Assembly: GCA_024762875.1 (NCBI GenBank)
Contig: JANTGR010000001.1
Coordinates: 45,338 to 109,337, forward strand
Direction: 5' to 3'
Length of the DNA: 64,000 nucleotides
DNA from: Sulfurospirillum sp.
Lineage (GTDB): Bacteria; Campylobacterota; Campylobacteria; Campylobacterales; QNZT01
Below, piece by piece: positions 18,512 to 29,407 of the stretch (positions within the stretch are counted from its first letter, which is position 1; each line of letters opens with the position of its first letter). The translations under genes and the position numbers were made by a program. The notes under the pieces were generated by a model. That model worked only from the letters and a program-made list of their open reading frames with translations, did not search any database and was not told the DNA's origin.

Positions 18512-18715
18512 TGAAAAAGTGTAGAAAAACTTCACTAATAAATTTTTTTTAACTTATATTAAGACTATATTAACGGTTTTTCGAAATTTTTAACTAGAAT
18601 AGATTAAGCGTTCTAAACATGGGTGTTTATTTCCTAAAGCTTTGACTACCTAGTTGTTCACAAGTCCGTATGTTTAGAACACTCTATTATAAATTAATGT
18701 TAAGGATAAATGTTT

Positions 18716-20044
18716 ATGAAACAAAAAAGATATATGACATTGGGTTTTCTGTCAACTATTGTGGCTGCATCACTGTTTGCCTCTTCAACTGTATTGGCAA
18801 AAAGTAATGCAGTAGCACCAAGTTCCCATGCGATTGCACAGGATAGATTGGCAGCTTTGGCAAAGTATACTAAAGTCATTCAGACGATTGAACAGTATTA
18901 TGTTGATGATACAAATATTACGGGCATAGTTGATAAATCATTGGAAGGTTTGATGTCAAATCTGGATGCGCACTCTTCTTTTATGGACATGAAAAAGTAC
19001 AAAGATATGCAGATTCAAACCAATGGTGAATTTGGTGGTTTGGGCATCACCGTAGGGATGAGAGAAGGTGCTTTGACCGTCATTTCTCCTATTGATGACA
19101 CTCCAGCTGACAAAGCAGGTATCAAATCTGGTGATATTATCCTCAAAATCAATGACAAGTCAACGCTGAATATGACAATTGATGAAGCAGTCAACATCAT
19201 GCGGGGAAAACCAAAAACAAAGATTACACTGACAGTGGTTCGTAAAGATACGCCCAAACCGCTAACGATTGATATCATCAGGGATATTATTAAAGTTGAT
19301 TCTGTTTATACAAAAACAATAGAAAACAGCAATACGCTTTATATACGGGTCAGCAGTTTTGATAAAAAAGTCGTAGATGGTGTAGCAAAAGCTTTGAAAA
19401 AACATCCAAAAGCGGATGGTGTCGCATTGGATTTGAGAAATAATCCTGGCGGTTTACTCAATCAGGCAGTCGGGCTTGTTAATCTTTTTGTAGATAAAGG
19501 TGTCATCGTTACACAAAAAGGCAGAGTAGAGAGTGAAAATCAAATTTACAATGCAACGATGGCGGGTACATACAAAGATTTACCGCTTGTGGTTTTAGTC
19601 AATGGCGGAAGTGCCAGTGCGAGTGAAATTGTTTCAGGTGCACTGCAGGATCATAAACGTGCTGTTTTAATCGGTGAAAAAACTTTTGGAAAGGGAAGCG
19701 TTCAAGTGATATTGCCAATCGGACATGAAGAGGCTCTTCGTTTGACTATTGCCAGATATTATCTTCCAAGCGGCCGGACTATCCAGGCAAAAGGTGTTGT
19801 TCCTGATATCGAAGTGTACCCGGGTGCTGTACCGGTTGAAAAAAATGAGTTTATGATTAAAGAAAAAGACTTAAAAAAACACTTAGAAGGGGAACTGCAA
19901 AAATTAAGCGGGGATACTCTTAAAAAAGAAAAAGATAAAATAAACAAAAAAGTTATTTCCGAGGATGATATCTTGAAAGATATTCAACTCAAAACAGCTA
20001 TAGACAGCTTAAAAATATTAAAATTGACACAGAAAGGAAACTGA
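18716..20044 (+). CDS. ctpA: carboxy-terminal processing protease (S41 peptidase)
   Basis: It has a signal peptide, a PDZ domain ([17 protein letters not shown]), and catalytic region motifs [17 protein letters not shown] and [11 protein letters not shown]. The start could be 18716 or 18710; AAGGA spacing favours 18716. Confidence 0.9.
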   Translation: MKQKRYMTLGFLSTIVAASLFASSTVLAKSNAVAPSSHAIAQDRLAALAKYTKVIQTIEQYYVDDTNITGIVDKSLEGLMSNLDAHSSFMDMKKYKDMQIQTNGEFGGLGITVGMREGALTVISPIDDTPADKAGIKSGDIILKINDKSTLNMTIDEAVNIMRGKPKTKITLTVVRKDTPKPLTIDIIRDIIKVDSVYTKTIENSNTLYIRVSSFDKKVVDGVAKALKKHPKADGVALDLRNNPGGLLNQAVGLVNLFVDKGVIVTQKGRVESENQIYNATMAGTYKDLPLVVLVNGGSASASEIVSGALQDHKRAVLIGEKTFGKGSVQVILPIGHEEALRLTIARYYLPSGRTIQAKGVVPDIEVYPGAVPVEKNEFMIKEKDLKKHLEGELQKLSGDTLKKEKDKINKKVISEDDILKDIQLKTAIDSLKILKLTQKGN

Positions 20045-20760
20045 TGCAGAAAAATGAACTGCTTTATGAAGGGAAAGCAAAAAAACTTTTTACAACAGAA
20101 GATCCCCAACTTCTGATTGCAGAGTTTAAAGATGATTTAACAGCTTTCAATGCTGAAAAAAAAGGCAGTGAAAGTGGTAAAGGTGCATTGAATTGTCAAA
20201 TCAGTACAAACCTCTTTGCACTTTTAAGTGAAAATGGTGTTGCTACGCATTTGGTAGAAACGATAGATGATAATCATCAATTAGTCAAAAAAGTTGACAT
20301 TATCCCTATTGAAGTTGTTGTACGTAATGTCGCTACAGGATCACTCTCTAAAAGACTGGGGATAAAAGATGGAACAGTGTTACCTTTTACGCTGGTTGAA
20401 TTTTATTATAAAGATGATGATTTGAATGATCCTTTGATCAATGATGAGCACTGCTTGATTCTTGATTTGGTCGATGATGTTAAAAAATTGGATATTTTAC
20501 GAGAAAAAGGAAGATTGATTAATGATGTGTTAAAAGGTTTTTTTGCTGCACGTCGTTTAAATCTGGTAGACTTTAAAGTAGAGTTTGGTGTTGATCAAAA
20601 TGGAGAGATACTGTTGAGTGATGAAATTTCACCAGACAGCTGCCGTTTTTGGGATATGGATACCAATGAAAAATTGGATAAAGACAGATTTAGACAAAAC
20701 TTGGGAAATGTAAAAGTTGCTTATGAAGAAGTACTTAAAAGAATAAAAGAGGATAAATAA
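20044..20760 (+). CDS. purC: phosphoribosylaminoimidazole-succinocarboxamide (SAICAR) synthase
   Basis: 238 aa. The N-terminus [11 protein letters not shown] and the motif DSCRFWD are typical of PurC. The start overlaps the ctpA stop (TGATG). Confidence 0.95.
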   Translation: MQKNELLYEGKAKKLFTTEDPQLLIAEFKDDLTAFNAEKKGSESGKGALNCQISTNLFALLSENGVATHLVETIDDNHQLVKKVDIIPIEVVVRNVATGSLSKRLGIKDGTVLPFTLVEFYYKDDDLNDPLINDEHCLILDLVDDVKKLDILREKGRLINDVLKGFFAARRLNLVDFKVEFGVDQNGEILLSDEISPDSCRFWDMDTNEKLDKDRFRQNLGNVKVAYEEVLKRIKEDK

Positions 20761-20762
20761 AG

Positions 20763-21005
20763 ATGAAAGCAGTAGTAAATATCGCCTTGAAAAACGGTGT
20801 TCTGGATCCACAAGGTAAGGCCGTACATCATGCTTTGAGTGCATTGAAGTTTAATAATGTTGATGATGTTAGAATCGGTAAACAAATTGTTTTGCAACTG
20901 GATGAAAAGGATGAGAAGAAAGCCAGAGAAGATGTAGAAAAGATGTGTGAAGAATTGCTTGCTAATACTGTTATAGAAGATTATTCGGTTGAGATAGTGA
21001 AATGA
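20763..21005 (+). CDS. purS: phosphoribosylformylglycinamidine synthase subunit PurS
   Basis: 80 aa. It contains VNIALKNGVLDPQGKAVHHAL and lies between purC and purQ. Confidence 0.9.
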   Translation: MKAVVNIALKNGVLDPQGKAVHHALSALKFNNVDDVRIGKQIVLQLDEKDEKKAREDVEKMCEELLANTVIEDYSVEIVK

Positions 21006-21676
21006 AAATAGCGGTTGTAGTCTTTCCGGGAACAAATTGTGAATATGATACAAAATACGCGTATGAAATGCTTGGAGCCACGGTAGAACTGGTATGGCAT
21101 AAAGCAGACAAGTTGCCTGATAATTGTGATTTGGTAGTCTTGCCTGGTGGTTTTTCATATGGTGATGCCTTGAGATCAGGTTCGATTGCCCGTTTTTCTC
21201 CTATTGTCAGTGCTGTGATTGACTATGCCAATGCAGGCGGAAAGGTTCTTGGAATTTGTAACGGTTTTCAAATTTTACTGGAATCAGGTCTTTTGCCTGG
21301 CGCGATGAAGCGTAATGAAAGTGTACATTTTATCTCCCAATACCATCATCTAAAAGTCGAAAACCAGGACAATGCATTTTTAAATCTTTTTGACAAAGGT
21401 GATATCGTCAATATACCGATTGCCCATGCTGAGGGTAATTACTATCTTGAGAAAGAGGCGTTAGCAAAGTTGCATGAAAATGGTCAAATTTTACTGACGT
21501 ATTGTGATGAAAACGGCACACTTTCCAATCCTAACGGATCTAAAGAAGCCATAGCCGGTATCTGCAATAAAAGTAAAAATGTATTTGGTTTGATGCCGCA
21601 CCCTGAACGTGCGATGGAGACCATTTTGGGTTCAAATGATGGTGTTAATATGCTCAAAGGTTTCATGTCTAGATGA
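21002..21676 (+). CDS. purQ: phosphoribosylformylglycinamidine synthase glutaminase subunit PurQ
   Basis: 224 aa. It has the class I amidotransferase motifs GGFSYGD, GICNGFQ and MPHPER. Confidence 0.95.
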   Translation: MKIAVVVFPGTNCEYDTKYAYEMLGATVELVWHKADKLPDNCDLVVLPGGFSYGDALRSGSIARFSPIVSAVIDYANAGGKVLGICNGFQILLESGLLPGAMKRNESVHFISQYHHLKVENQDNAFLNLFDKGDIVNIPIAHAEGNYYLEKEALAKLHENGQILLTYCDENGTLSNPNGSKEAIAGICNKSKNVFGLMPHPERAMETILGSNDGVNMLKGFMSR

Positions 21677-22923
21677 AAACTCTTTTTCTCCCTGTTTTTA
21701 TCCTGCTTTTTGCATTTTCATATCTGCAGGCAGGTTTTTTCTCAAATTTATTTGAGTTTCCGCAAGATAAAAAAGAGAAGCAGTTTGAACAGGTTGAAGA
21801 AGAAGTTATCCCTGCAGATGAGTATTATAATCAAAGTGATGAACCCACTTTTAGTGAGGATGAAAAAGTTTTTTCAGATACACCCAGTGATGATTATAGT
21901 GTTGACAGCAATATTGTCAAAGAAAAAAATATATTTTTATCGTTTCTTGATTATCCTAAAAAAGTGTATGTTAATCAGCATTTTACGATTAAAATCAAAG
22001 CTGTACTTACACAGGAGTATTTAAAAAGTATCAAAGCGTCATTCATTGGCGGAAAAGAGTATAAACTGCTCAATAAAGAGGCTGTCTGGAAAAAACTCGA
22101 CGATAAAAGTTATCTGATAGCTTATACTTTCAAGTTAACTTCCCTTAGTGCTTCTTTGCCAGCTTTTAAAGTGAGTACAACCAATAAAACCGGTACAGCC
22201 AGTCATGAAAAGCTCAAGCCAGAGCCTTTGAGAGTGATAGCTTTAAAAAATGATGAACTTTTCTCAAATATTTTAGCCAATGATTTTTCTTTAATTTCCC
22301 ATCATGAAAAAAAATATGATGAAAAATCAAATATTGTGCTTTTGGAAATCAATGCCACACAATCCAATTTGGAAGATTTTCATCTATCTTACGCAAAAAG
22401 AGAGGGAATTGATTCTTTAAGAAACAATGCAAAGGTGCAAAATATCTTTTATTTTGCTATTGTGCCTTCTTATCAAAAAGAGTTTAAATTTAAATATTTT
22501 AACTTAAACAGTAACAAGTTTAACCGTATCTCTTTTCCGATCATTGTCAGTGATGCCAGTGTCAGTACACAGACAGATTTAAATCCACAGAAAAGTAAAT
22601 ATTTTTTATATAAGGTTATCGCTCTGTTTATTTTGGCTTTTCTGTTTCTGCTTTTATATATCAAATATAAAAAAAATTATTTGTTGATTTTGGCATTAGG
22701 ACTTGTCATTTATACGGTTTATAGTAAATTGATAACCAATAACTTACTTGTAGATCAAAATGTCACCATTAGAATACTACCTACACAAAATTCTACTGTA
22801 TTTTTTAGGACGAGTCAAAAGATGCAGGTAAAAGTACTGTTGAAGAAAAACGGCTATACGAAAGTCTTGTTGCCTGATACCAAAATAGGATGGATAAAAG
22901 ATGATGATCTTTCAAAAAATTAA
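21673..22923 (+). CDS. membrane protein with C-terminal bacterial SH3-like domain
   Basis: 416 aa. It has a signal/TM N-terminus and two TM helices near aa 310-350. The C-terminal segment VTIRILPTQNSTVFFRTSQKMQVKVLLKKNGYTKVLLPDTKIGWIKDDDL looks SH3_3-like. Confidence 0.55.
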   Translation: MKTLFLPVFILLFAFSYLQAGFFSNLFEFPQDKKEKQFEQVEEEVIPADEYYNQSDEPTFSEDEKVFSDTPSDDYSVDSNIVKEKNIFLSFLDYPKKVYVNQHFTIKIKAVLTQEYLKSIKASFIGGKEYKLLNKEAVWKKLDDKSYLIAYTFKLTSLSASLPAFKVSTTNKTGTASHEKLKPEPLRVIALKNDELFSNILANDFSLISHHEKKYDEKSNIVLLEINATQSNLEDFHLSYAKREGIDSLRNNAKVQNIFYFAIVPSYQKEFKFKYFNLNSNKFNRISFPIIVSDASVSTQTDLNPQKSKYFLYKVIALFILAFLFLLLYIKYKKNYLLILALGLVIYTVYSKLITNNLLVDQNVTIRILPTQNSTVFFRTSQKMQVKVLLKKNGYTKVLLPDTKIGWIKDDDLSKN

Positions 22924-23599
22924 AGCTACCTTTATTTTAATTCAATTCATCATTACGGTGACAATTGTCATCACTTTGATGAAGTTTTTTAATCAACATC
23001 ACTGGTATTTCAGAAAAAAGTGGGCTTCACTGCAGGAAAAGTTGATTGGTTATAAATTGACAATCAAAGGAGAACCTGATGAAAGTGCCAAATTGGTTCT
23101 GATGAATCATCAAAGTCTGCTTGATATTGTCATCATGGAAGCAAACTATCCAAAAGATATAGCATGGGTTGCTAAAAAAGAAATTGCCGAATTGACATTT
23201 TTTGGACAAATTTTAACATTGCCCAAAATGATCATTGTGGACAGAGAAGATAAAAGAAAATCACTGGTAAAGTTATTTAAAGATGTTAAAAACAGACTGG
23301 ATGAACAAAGAGTCATTGGTATGTTCCCAGAAGGTACCAGAGGTGATGGAAAAAAATTGCTTCCTTTTAAAACCGGTGCAAAATTGATTGCTGAAAAACT
23401 TGATTTGAAAGTACAGCCTGTTGTCATCGTCAATACACGTGAAATTGTAGATTCACAAAATTTTAGTGCAAAAAAAGGGCATGTTACGCTAGTTTATTTA
23501 GAGAGCATTGACCCTAAGCAAGATAGTGAATGGTTCGAGACTCTACGTAAAAATATGCAAGAAACTTTACAAAATGAACTAAACCTTCTTGATAAATAA
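22901..23599 (+). CDS. plsC: 1-acyl-sn-glycerol-3-phosphate acyltransferase
   Basis: It has the HX4D motif (NHQSLLD) and the FPEGTR motif, plus an N-terminal TM helix. Confidence 0.85.
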   Translation: MMIFQKIKATFILIQFIITVTIVITLMKFFNQHHWYFRKKWASLQEKLIGYKLTIKGEPDESAKLVLMNHQSLLDIVIMEANYPKDIAWVAKKEIAELTFFGQILTLPKMIIVDREDKRKSLVKLFKDVKNRLDEQRVIGMFPEGTRGDGKKLLPFKTGAKLIAEKLDLKVQPVVIVNTREIVDSQNFSAKKGHVTLVYLESIDPKQDSEWFETLRKNMQETLQNELNLLDK

Positions 23600-23608
23600 C
23601 AAATTTTT

Positions 23609-23617
23609 TGCTATAAT
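23609..23617 (+). promoter_or_regulatory. putative extended -10 promoter (TGcTATAAT) of htpG
   Basis: TGCTATAAT lies 31 nt upstream of the ATG at 23648. An AAGGAG Shine-Dalgarno is at 23634-23639. Confidence 0.5.
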
Positions 23618-23647
23618 CCTTTGAAATTTTAATAAGGAGAACAAAAT

Positions 23648-25480
23648 ATGTCAAAATATGAATTTCAAACCGAGGTTTCAGACCTCTTAAATTTAATGAT
23701 TCACTCTCTTTATTCGCATAAAGAGATTTTTTTGCGTGAACTTATTTCAAATGCATCAGATGCACTTGATAAATTAAATTATTTAACACTAACTGATGAT
23801 GAATTTAAATCATTGCAATATAATCCAAAAATTACGCTTTCTGTGGATGACGAGAAAAAAATCTTGACTGTTTCAGATAATGGTATTGGTATGGATAAAG
23901 ATGATTTGATCAATAATCTGGGAACTATCGCAAAAAGCGGTACCAAATCATTTGTCCAGCAATTGAGTGGGGATGCTAAAAAAGATTCTTCGCTTATAGG
24001 ACAATTTGGTGTCGGGTTTTATGCTGCTTTTATGGTCGCAAAAAAGATTGATGTCATTAGTAAAAAAGCTGGTACTGAGAGTGCACATAAGTGGTCAAGC
24101 AGTGCAGGAAGTGAATTTAGCATTACCGATGCAAAACGACAAGAGCAGGGGACAACGATCATTTTACATCTGAGAAAAGATGATGAAGAATTTTTACAAG
24201 AATATCGCCTCAAACAAATCATTGAAAAATACTCCAATCATATACCTTTTCCTATCTTTTTAGAAAAAATGGAAGATGATAAACCTGTAGAAGAACAAAT
24301 TAATAAAGCTTCCGCATTGTGGAGACTTAGCAAAAACGACATTAGTGAAGACGAATATAAAGATTTTTATAAAACGATATCCCATGACAGCGAAGACCCG
24401 TTGTTATATATCCACACTAAAGCTGAAGGTACTTTAGAATACAGTACCCTTTTTTATATCCCTAAAACTGCACCAATGGATCTTTTTCGGGTTGACTATG
24501 AGTCGGGTATCAAACTCTATGTAAAACGTGTTTTTATATCAGATGATGATAAAGAATTACTGCCGACTTATCTGAGATTTGTCAAAGGAATTGTTGATGT
24601 AGAAGATCTTCCACTCAATGTAAGCCGTGAAATTTTACAGCAAAATGTGGTACTTTCTAAAGTAAAAAAAGCTTCAGTCAAAAAAATACTCAGTGAACTC
24701 AAAAAGCTTAAAACCAAAGATAGCGCAGCTTATCTTGATTTTTACAAAACATTTGGTCGTGTGCTTAAAGAAGGTATCATGAGTGAATTTGACAATAAAG
24801 ATCTTTTGCTTGATCTGCTGATGTTTAAATCGACAAAAAGCAATGATGAATATATTGATCTGGCAACTTATAAAGAGCGTATGCAAGAAGAGCAAAAAGA
24901 AATTTTCTATCTTGTCGGTGAAGATGCCAATATGCTGAAGCATTCACCTTTGCTGGAATCTTATAAAGAAAAAGATATTGAAGTATTGTTATTGGATGAA
25001 GAAGTTGACAGCATTGTGATACCAAATATCGGTGCTTACAAAGAGGTGCCTTTGGCAGCTATCAATCATGCTGATATGGAAGAGGATAAAGATCTACTCA
25101 AAGAGCAGGAAGAAAACTTTAAAGAGTTGACACTGAAACTCAAAGAAGCACTCAAAGATAATGTAAAAGACGTGAAAGTAACAGGACGTTTAAAATCCTC
25201 ACCATCATGTTTGGTATATGATAAAAATGACCCTGATTTTGCAATGCAGCAAATGTTAAAACAGATGGGACAAACGGAAATGCCAGATATTAAGCCAATC
25301 CTTGAAATCAATCCGGAACATCCTATTTTTGCTAAATTAAATGCGTCAAAAGATTTTAATAAACTGACAGAACTATCGACAGTATTGTTAGACTTGGCCA
25401 AACTCAATGAAGGTATGAAAATTGACGACGCATTCGATTTTTCAGAAAAAATCACAAAATTGATCGAAAAAAGTATCTAG
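23648..25480 (+). CDS. htpG: molecular chaperone HtpG (Hsp90)
   Basis: 610 aa. The N-terminus FQTEVSDLLNLMIHSLYSHKEIFLRELISNASDALDK is diagnostic. Confidence 0.95.
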   Translation: MSKYEFQTEVSDLLNLMIHSLYSHKEIFLRELISNASDALDKLNYLTLTDDEFKSLQYNPKITLSVDDEKKILTVSDNGIGMDKDDLINNLGTIAKSGTKSFVQQLSGDAKKDSSLIGQFGVGFYAAFMVAKKIDVISKKAGTESAHKWSSSAGSEFSITDAKRQEQGTTIILHLRKDDEEFLQEYRLKQIIEKYSNHIPFPIFLEKMEDDKPVEEQINKASALWRLSKNDISEDEYKDFYKTISHDSEDPLLYIHTKAEGTLEYSTLFYIPKTAPMDLFRVDYESGIKLYVKRVFISDDDKELLPTYLRFVKGIVDVEDLPLNVSREILQQNVVLSKVKKASVKKILSELKKLKTKDSAAYLDFYKTFGRVLKEGIMSEFDNKDLLLDLLMFKSTKSNDEYIDLATYKERMQEEQKEIFYLVGEDANMLKHSPLLESYKEKDIEVLLLDEEVDSIVIPNIGAYKEVPLAAINHADMEEDKDLLKEQEENFKELTLKLKEALKDNVKDVKVTGRLKSSPSCLVYDKNDPDFAMQQMLKQMGQTEMPDIKPILEINPEHPIFAKLNASKDFNKLTELSTVLLDLAKLNEGMKIDDAFDFSEKITKLIEKSI

Positions 25481-25487
25481 TTCTATC

Positions 25488-25919
25488 ATGATAATGAAAT
25501 TTTTATTGCTACTTTTGACAACCTCCCTTTTGGGGGAGGTTTACAGTGTCAATAACTTCGAGAGTGACATCTTTTCACGTAACGGTAATAAACTGAAAAA
25601 AGTGGCGATGAGCCTCAGGATAGAAGGACGGGATTTAAAAGAGAATGATTATAAAATTACAGATGCTCTGAATATCATCATCAGCAGTTTTTATATGGAA
25701 GACTTGTTTACCTCCCAGGGGAAGGAACGGTTTAAAACCTCCCTTTCAAAATATCTTGAAAAAAAATACAGCGTAGAAGCTGATACTATCTATCTACAAA
25801 AATTCAAACTATCACAGGCCTCTACTGATGTAGATGAACTTATCGCTGCATTAAAAGCCGAGGGATGTTGTCATAAAGAAAATAGCGTCAAAAAAGCCTT
25901 TGCTCCAATTAGTGAATAA
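25488..25919 (+). CDS. FliL-like periplasmic protein (tentative)
   Basis: 143 aa. It has a signal peptide. The segment NGNKLKKVAMSLRIEGRDLKENDYKITDALNIIISSF...TIYLQKFKL follows the FliL-family pattern. The start is 25488 or 25494. The first ATG is the centre of a palindrome copy. Confidence 0.4.
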   Translation: MIMKFLLLLLTTSLLGEVYSVNNFESDIFSRNGNKLKKVAMSLRIEGRDLKENDYKITDALNIIISSFYMEDLFTSQGKERFKTSLSKYLEKKYSVEADTIYLQKFKLSQASTDVDELIAALKAEGCCHKENSVKKAFAPISE

Positions 25920-25978
25920 TATAGGTCTCCTTTATCTTATTTTGTTATAATAAGCCCAATTTTTCAGAGGATATAATA

Positions 25979-27676
25979 ATGGAACTTAATGGATCACAGA
26001 TGGTGATTGAAGCCCTAAAAAAAGAGGGTGTAACTGTCGCTTTTGGATACCCCGGCGGAGCAATTATGAATGTGTATGATGAAATTTATAAACAAGAAGG
26101 TTTTAAGCACATATTAACACGACATGAACAGGCATCCATTCATGCAGCTGATGGCTATGCCAGGGCAACTGGCGAAGTAGGTGTTGCTATCGTTACCAGC
26201 GGACCTGGTTTCACCAATGCTGTCACTGGACTGGCAACAGCTTTTACTGATTCTATCCCGATGGTTGTCATTTCGGGGCAGGTGCCTATTACTTTGATAG
26301 GTACGGATGCTTTTCAAGAGATTGATGCTGTTGGTATAAGCCGTCCCTGTACAAAGCATAATTATTTGGTAAAAACAATTGAGGAGTTACCACACATTAT
26401 CAAAGAAGCTTTTTTTGTAGCGCGCAGTGGTCGTCCGGGTCCCGTGCACATTGATATACCAAAAGATATTACTGCCCAAATGGGTGAATTTAATTATCCT
26501 GATGAGATTACATTGGAAACGTACAAACCAACATACAAAGGTAGTCAAAAACAGATCAAAAAAGCCATTGCAGCGATAAAAGAGTCCAAAAAACCGATTT
26601 TATATCTTGGTGGCGGACTTATTAGCGCGGGTGCCAGTGATTTGATCCGGGAATTTATGGATATAACCGGTATTCCAGCTGTTGAGACATTGATGGCTAG
26701 AGGTGTTGTGGGGCATGAAAATCCCTTATTGCAGGGGATGGTCGGTATGCATGGAAATTACTCTTCAAATATGGCAATGAGTGAAGCTGACTTGATGATA
26801 GCGCTTGGACCCCGTTTTGATGACAGGGTAACAGGACGATTGGATGAGTTTGCCAAACATGCCAAGATTATTCATGTTGATATTGATCCCAGCAGTATTG
26901 GAAAACTATTAAATATCGACTTCCCGATAGTTGGTGATTTGAAAAATGTACTGACTGAGATGGTCGCTTTGGTGAAAGAAGATTTTGATAAAGAGCGCTA
27001 TGACTCCTGGAGAGAATTATTAAAAAGATACAATGAAATCCATCCTCTCTCATACAAAGAAGATTCTGAACGTATCAAGCCGCAATGGGTTATTGAGCGT
27101 GTGGGTGAATTATTAGGCGAGAATGCGATTATCTCTACGGATGTTGGACAGCATCAGATGTGGGCAGCGCAGTTTTATCCTTTTTCCCAACCTAGACAGT
27201 GGATCACCAGTGGCGGCCTTGGGACAATGGGATTTGGTTTCCCCGCTGCGATGGGTGTCAAAGTGGCCAGAGAAGAGAAAACAAGTATCAATTTTACCGG
27301 TGATGGTTCAATCTTGATGAATATACAGGAATTGATGACAGCAGTAGAAAATAAAATCCCTGTCATCAATATCATTCTCAATAATAATTATCTTGGTATG
27401 GTTAGACAGTGGCAAACATTCTTTTATGATAAACGGTATGCAGAGACAGACCTCAGTATGCAACCTGATTTTGTGAAGCTTGCTGAAAGTTTTGGCGGTA
27501 TTGGTTATCGTGTTGAAACAAAAGAAGAGTTTGATGCTGCATTAAAAGATGCTGTGGAAAAAAATGTTGTTGCGATGATTGATGTTGTTGTTGACAGGTT
27601 GGAAAATGTATTGCCGATGGTTCCATCAGGAGGAACACTTTATAATATGTTGTTAGAAGATAAGGATGTGTCATGA
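25979..27676 (+). CDS. ilvB: acetolactate synthase (biosynthetic) large subunit
   Basis: 565 aa. It has the TPP-binding motif GDGSILMNIQEL...NNNYLGMV and an N-terminal TPP pyrimidine-binding domain. Confidence 0.95.
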   Translation: MELNGSQMVIEALKKEGVTVAFGYPGGAIMNVYDEIYKQEGFKHILTRHEQASIHAADGYARATGEVGVAIVTSGPGFTNAVTGLATAFTDSIPMVVISGQVPITLIGTDAFQEIDAVGISRPCTKHNYLVKTIEELPHIIKEAFFVARSGRPGPVHIDIPKDITAQMGEFNYPDEITLETYKPTYKGSQKQIKKAIAAIKESKKPILYLGGGLISAGASDLIREFMDITGIPAVETLMARGVVGHENPLLQGMVGMHGNYSSNMAMSEADLMIALGPRFDDRVTGRLDEFAKHAKIIHVDIDPSSIGKLLNIDFPIVGDLKNVLTEMVALVKEDFDKERYDSWRELLKRYNEIHPLSYKEDSERIKPQWVIERVGELLGENAIISTDVGQHQMWAAQFYPFSQPRQWITSGGLGTMGFGFPAAMGVKVAREEKTSINFTGDGSILMNIQELMTAVENKIPVINIILNNNYLGMVRQWQTFFYDKRYAETDLSMQPDFVKLAESFGGIGYRVETKEEFDAALKDAVEKNVVAMIDVVVDRLENVLPMVPSGGTLYNMLLEDKDVS

Positions 27677-28149
27677 GTGCTGAAGTTAGAAGAGTTTTAT
27701 CTGTCATTGTGAAAAATGAACACGGGGTTTTATCCCGAATATCCGGGCTATTTGCCGGACGAGGGTATAATATCGAGTCTTTGACTGTTGCACCAATCCC
27801 TGAGAGTGATCTCTCCCGTTTTACTATCGTGACAAAAGGTAGTGAACGTGTGATAGAACAGATCGTGAAGCAACTGCATAAATTGATTCCTACGTACAAA
27901 GTAGTAGAAAGCCAGGATGTTGTTGAAAAAGAGATGCTTTTGGTGAAAATTCCTCTAGCAACCAATATGAGCGGGCTTGATGCGATTTTAAAAGGGTATA
28001 ATGGCATTGTAGCCAATGCTACAGAAGAGTCACTGATATTGATGGCTGTTGATGATGCTGACAGAATTTGTAATTTTATTAAAATAATCAAAAAGTTCAA
28101 TCCAACAGAGGTAATACGTGGTGGTTCTGTTTCTATGGAAAAAATATGA
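27673..28149 (+). CDS. ilvN: acetolactate synthase small (regulatory) subunit
   Basis: 158 aa. It has the ACT domain LSVIVKNEHGVLSRISGLFAGRGYNIESLTV and overlaps the ilvB stop. Confidence 0.9.
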   Translation: MSAEVRRVLSVIVKNEHGVLSRISGLFAGRGYNIESLTVAPIPESDLSRFTIVTKGSERVIEQIVKQLHKLIPTYKVVESQDVVEKEMLLVKIPLATNMSGLDAILKGYNGIVANATEESLILMAVDDADRICNFIKIIKKFNPTEVIRGGSVSMEKI

Positions 28150-29096
28150 AACTAAGCCAACTTGCCAAAGATCTTCTACTCTCTTATCATGATAAGGATT
28201 TTGATGTAGAGGCAATCAATACCTTAAGCAATGCCAAAAAAGATGAAATATCTTTTTTTGATAACAAAAAATATATAGACAATTTAAAAAATACCCAGGC
28301 AGGTGCTGTTTTTATAACAGAAGAGTTTGTCTCTTTTTTACCTGCAGGAGTTGGGGCAATTGTGAGTGAGAACCCTTATCTTTCGATGGCCAAAGCGACA
28401 CACTATTTTGCAAAAGATTTAATCAGAGAGAATCTTGATTCAAAGATAGATGCATCTGTCATGATAGGAAAACATGTTCATATAGGACATGGTGTGGTGA
28501 TTGAAAAAAATGTTATTATATTAGATGGTGCCTTTGTCGGGGAAAATGTTTTTATAGGGGAGGGGAGTATTATCCATCCCAATGTAACACTCTACAATGA
28601 TACAGTTATTGGCAAGTTTTGTATTGTGCATGCCGGTGCTGTTATCGGGAGTGACGGTTTTGGATATGCACATACCCAAACAGGTGAACATATCAAGATA
28701 CATCATAATGGTCATGTAGAGCTAGAAGAAAGTGTAGAGATTGGTGCCAATAGTGCCATCGATAGAGCAGTTTTTGGTTTAACACTGATAAAAAGTGGAA
28801 CCAAGATAGACAATTTAGTTCAAATAGGACATAATTGTGAAATAGGCGCACAATCAATCATAGTCTCACAAGCTGGTATTTCAGGTTCCAGTATATTGGG
28901 GAAAAATGTTGTGATGGGTGGGCAGAGTGCAACAGCCGGTCATTTAGAAATTGGTGATTTTGCAACGATTGCCGCACGTGGCGGTGTAACAAAAAGCATT
29001 GCCGGTGGAAAAACATACAGTGGTTTTCCACTCATGTTACACAGTGATTGGCTGAAATTGCAGGCAAAAATAGCAAAATTTTTTAAAAACAAATAG
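28146..29096 (+). CDS. lpxD: UDP-3-O-(3-hydroxyacyl)glucosamine N-acyltransferase
   Basis: 316 aa. It has hexapeptide repeats and the motif GSDGFGYA. Confidence 0.9.
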   Translation: MKLSQLAKDLLLSYHDKDFDVEAINTLSNAKKDEISFFDNKKYIDNLKNTQAGAVFITEEFVSFLPAGVGAIVSENPYLSMAKATHYFAKDLIRENLDSKIDASVMIGKHVHIGHGVVIEKNVIILDGAFVGENVFIGEGSIIHPNVTLYNDTVIGKFCIVHAGAVIGSDGFGYAHTQTGEHIKIHHNGHVELEESVEIGANSAIDRAVFGLTLIKSGTKIDNLVQIGHNCEIGAQSIIVSQAGISGSSILGKNVVMGGQSATAGHLEIGDFATIAARGGVTKSIAGGKTYSGFPLMLHSDWLKLQAKIAKFFKNK

Positions 29097-29104
29097 GAGA
29101 AACA

Positions 29105-29338
29105 ATGAGTAAAGATTCAAAAATATTAAAAACATTTCCATTAGCAGGAACCAAAACAGGAACGATTTCAGTATCACATATTGAAGAGCCATATGGAGAA
29201 AATTCGGCAGCAGTTGTCAGTATCGGTATCTCGTTAAAAGGAGATATTAATGAACCAGATTGGAAAGCGCATATCCCATATGAGAATTTAAGTGATTTAA
29301 TTGATGCCTTAAATGCAGCAAAAAAAGAGCAGGCATAA
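29105..29338 (+). CDS. small hypothetical protein
   Basis: 77 aa. AGGAGA lies upstream. I recognised no motif. Confidence 0.45.
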   Translation: MSKDSKILKTFPLAGTKTGTISVSHIEEPYGENSAAVVSIGISLKGDINEPDWKAHIPYENLSDLIDALNAAKKEQA

Positions 29339-29407
29339 CAATATAGCTTTATTTAAGCTAATAATCGCTACAATCCGCGACTATTTAAACTAAAGAAGGA
29401 AAAATTT

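Noticed and set aside
27453-28100. A 215-aa minus-strand ORF antisense to ilvB/ilvN. Similar long antisense ORFs occur at 48573-49145 and 48112-48567 (antisense to purD and the RDD gene), 51564-52103 (guaA), 20721-21158 (purS/purQ), 17881-18324 (glyS), 31005-31403 (yidC) and 25066-25455 (htpG).
   Set aside because: Each lies fully inside a confidently identified housekeeping gene on the other strand. The translations are low-complexity (Ser/Leu/Ile/Phe-rich or Gln/His-rich) with no motifs, start context or independent spacers, which is typical of shadow frames. A 215-aa antisense ORF is long for an AT-rich genome, but I see no evidence of function.
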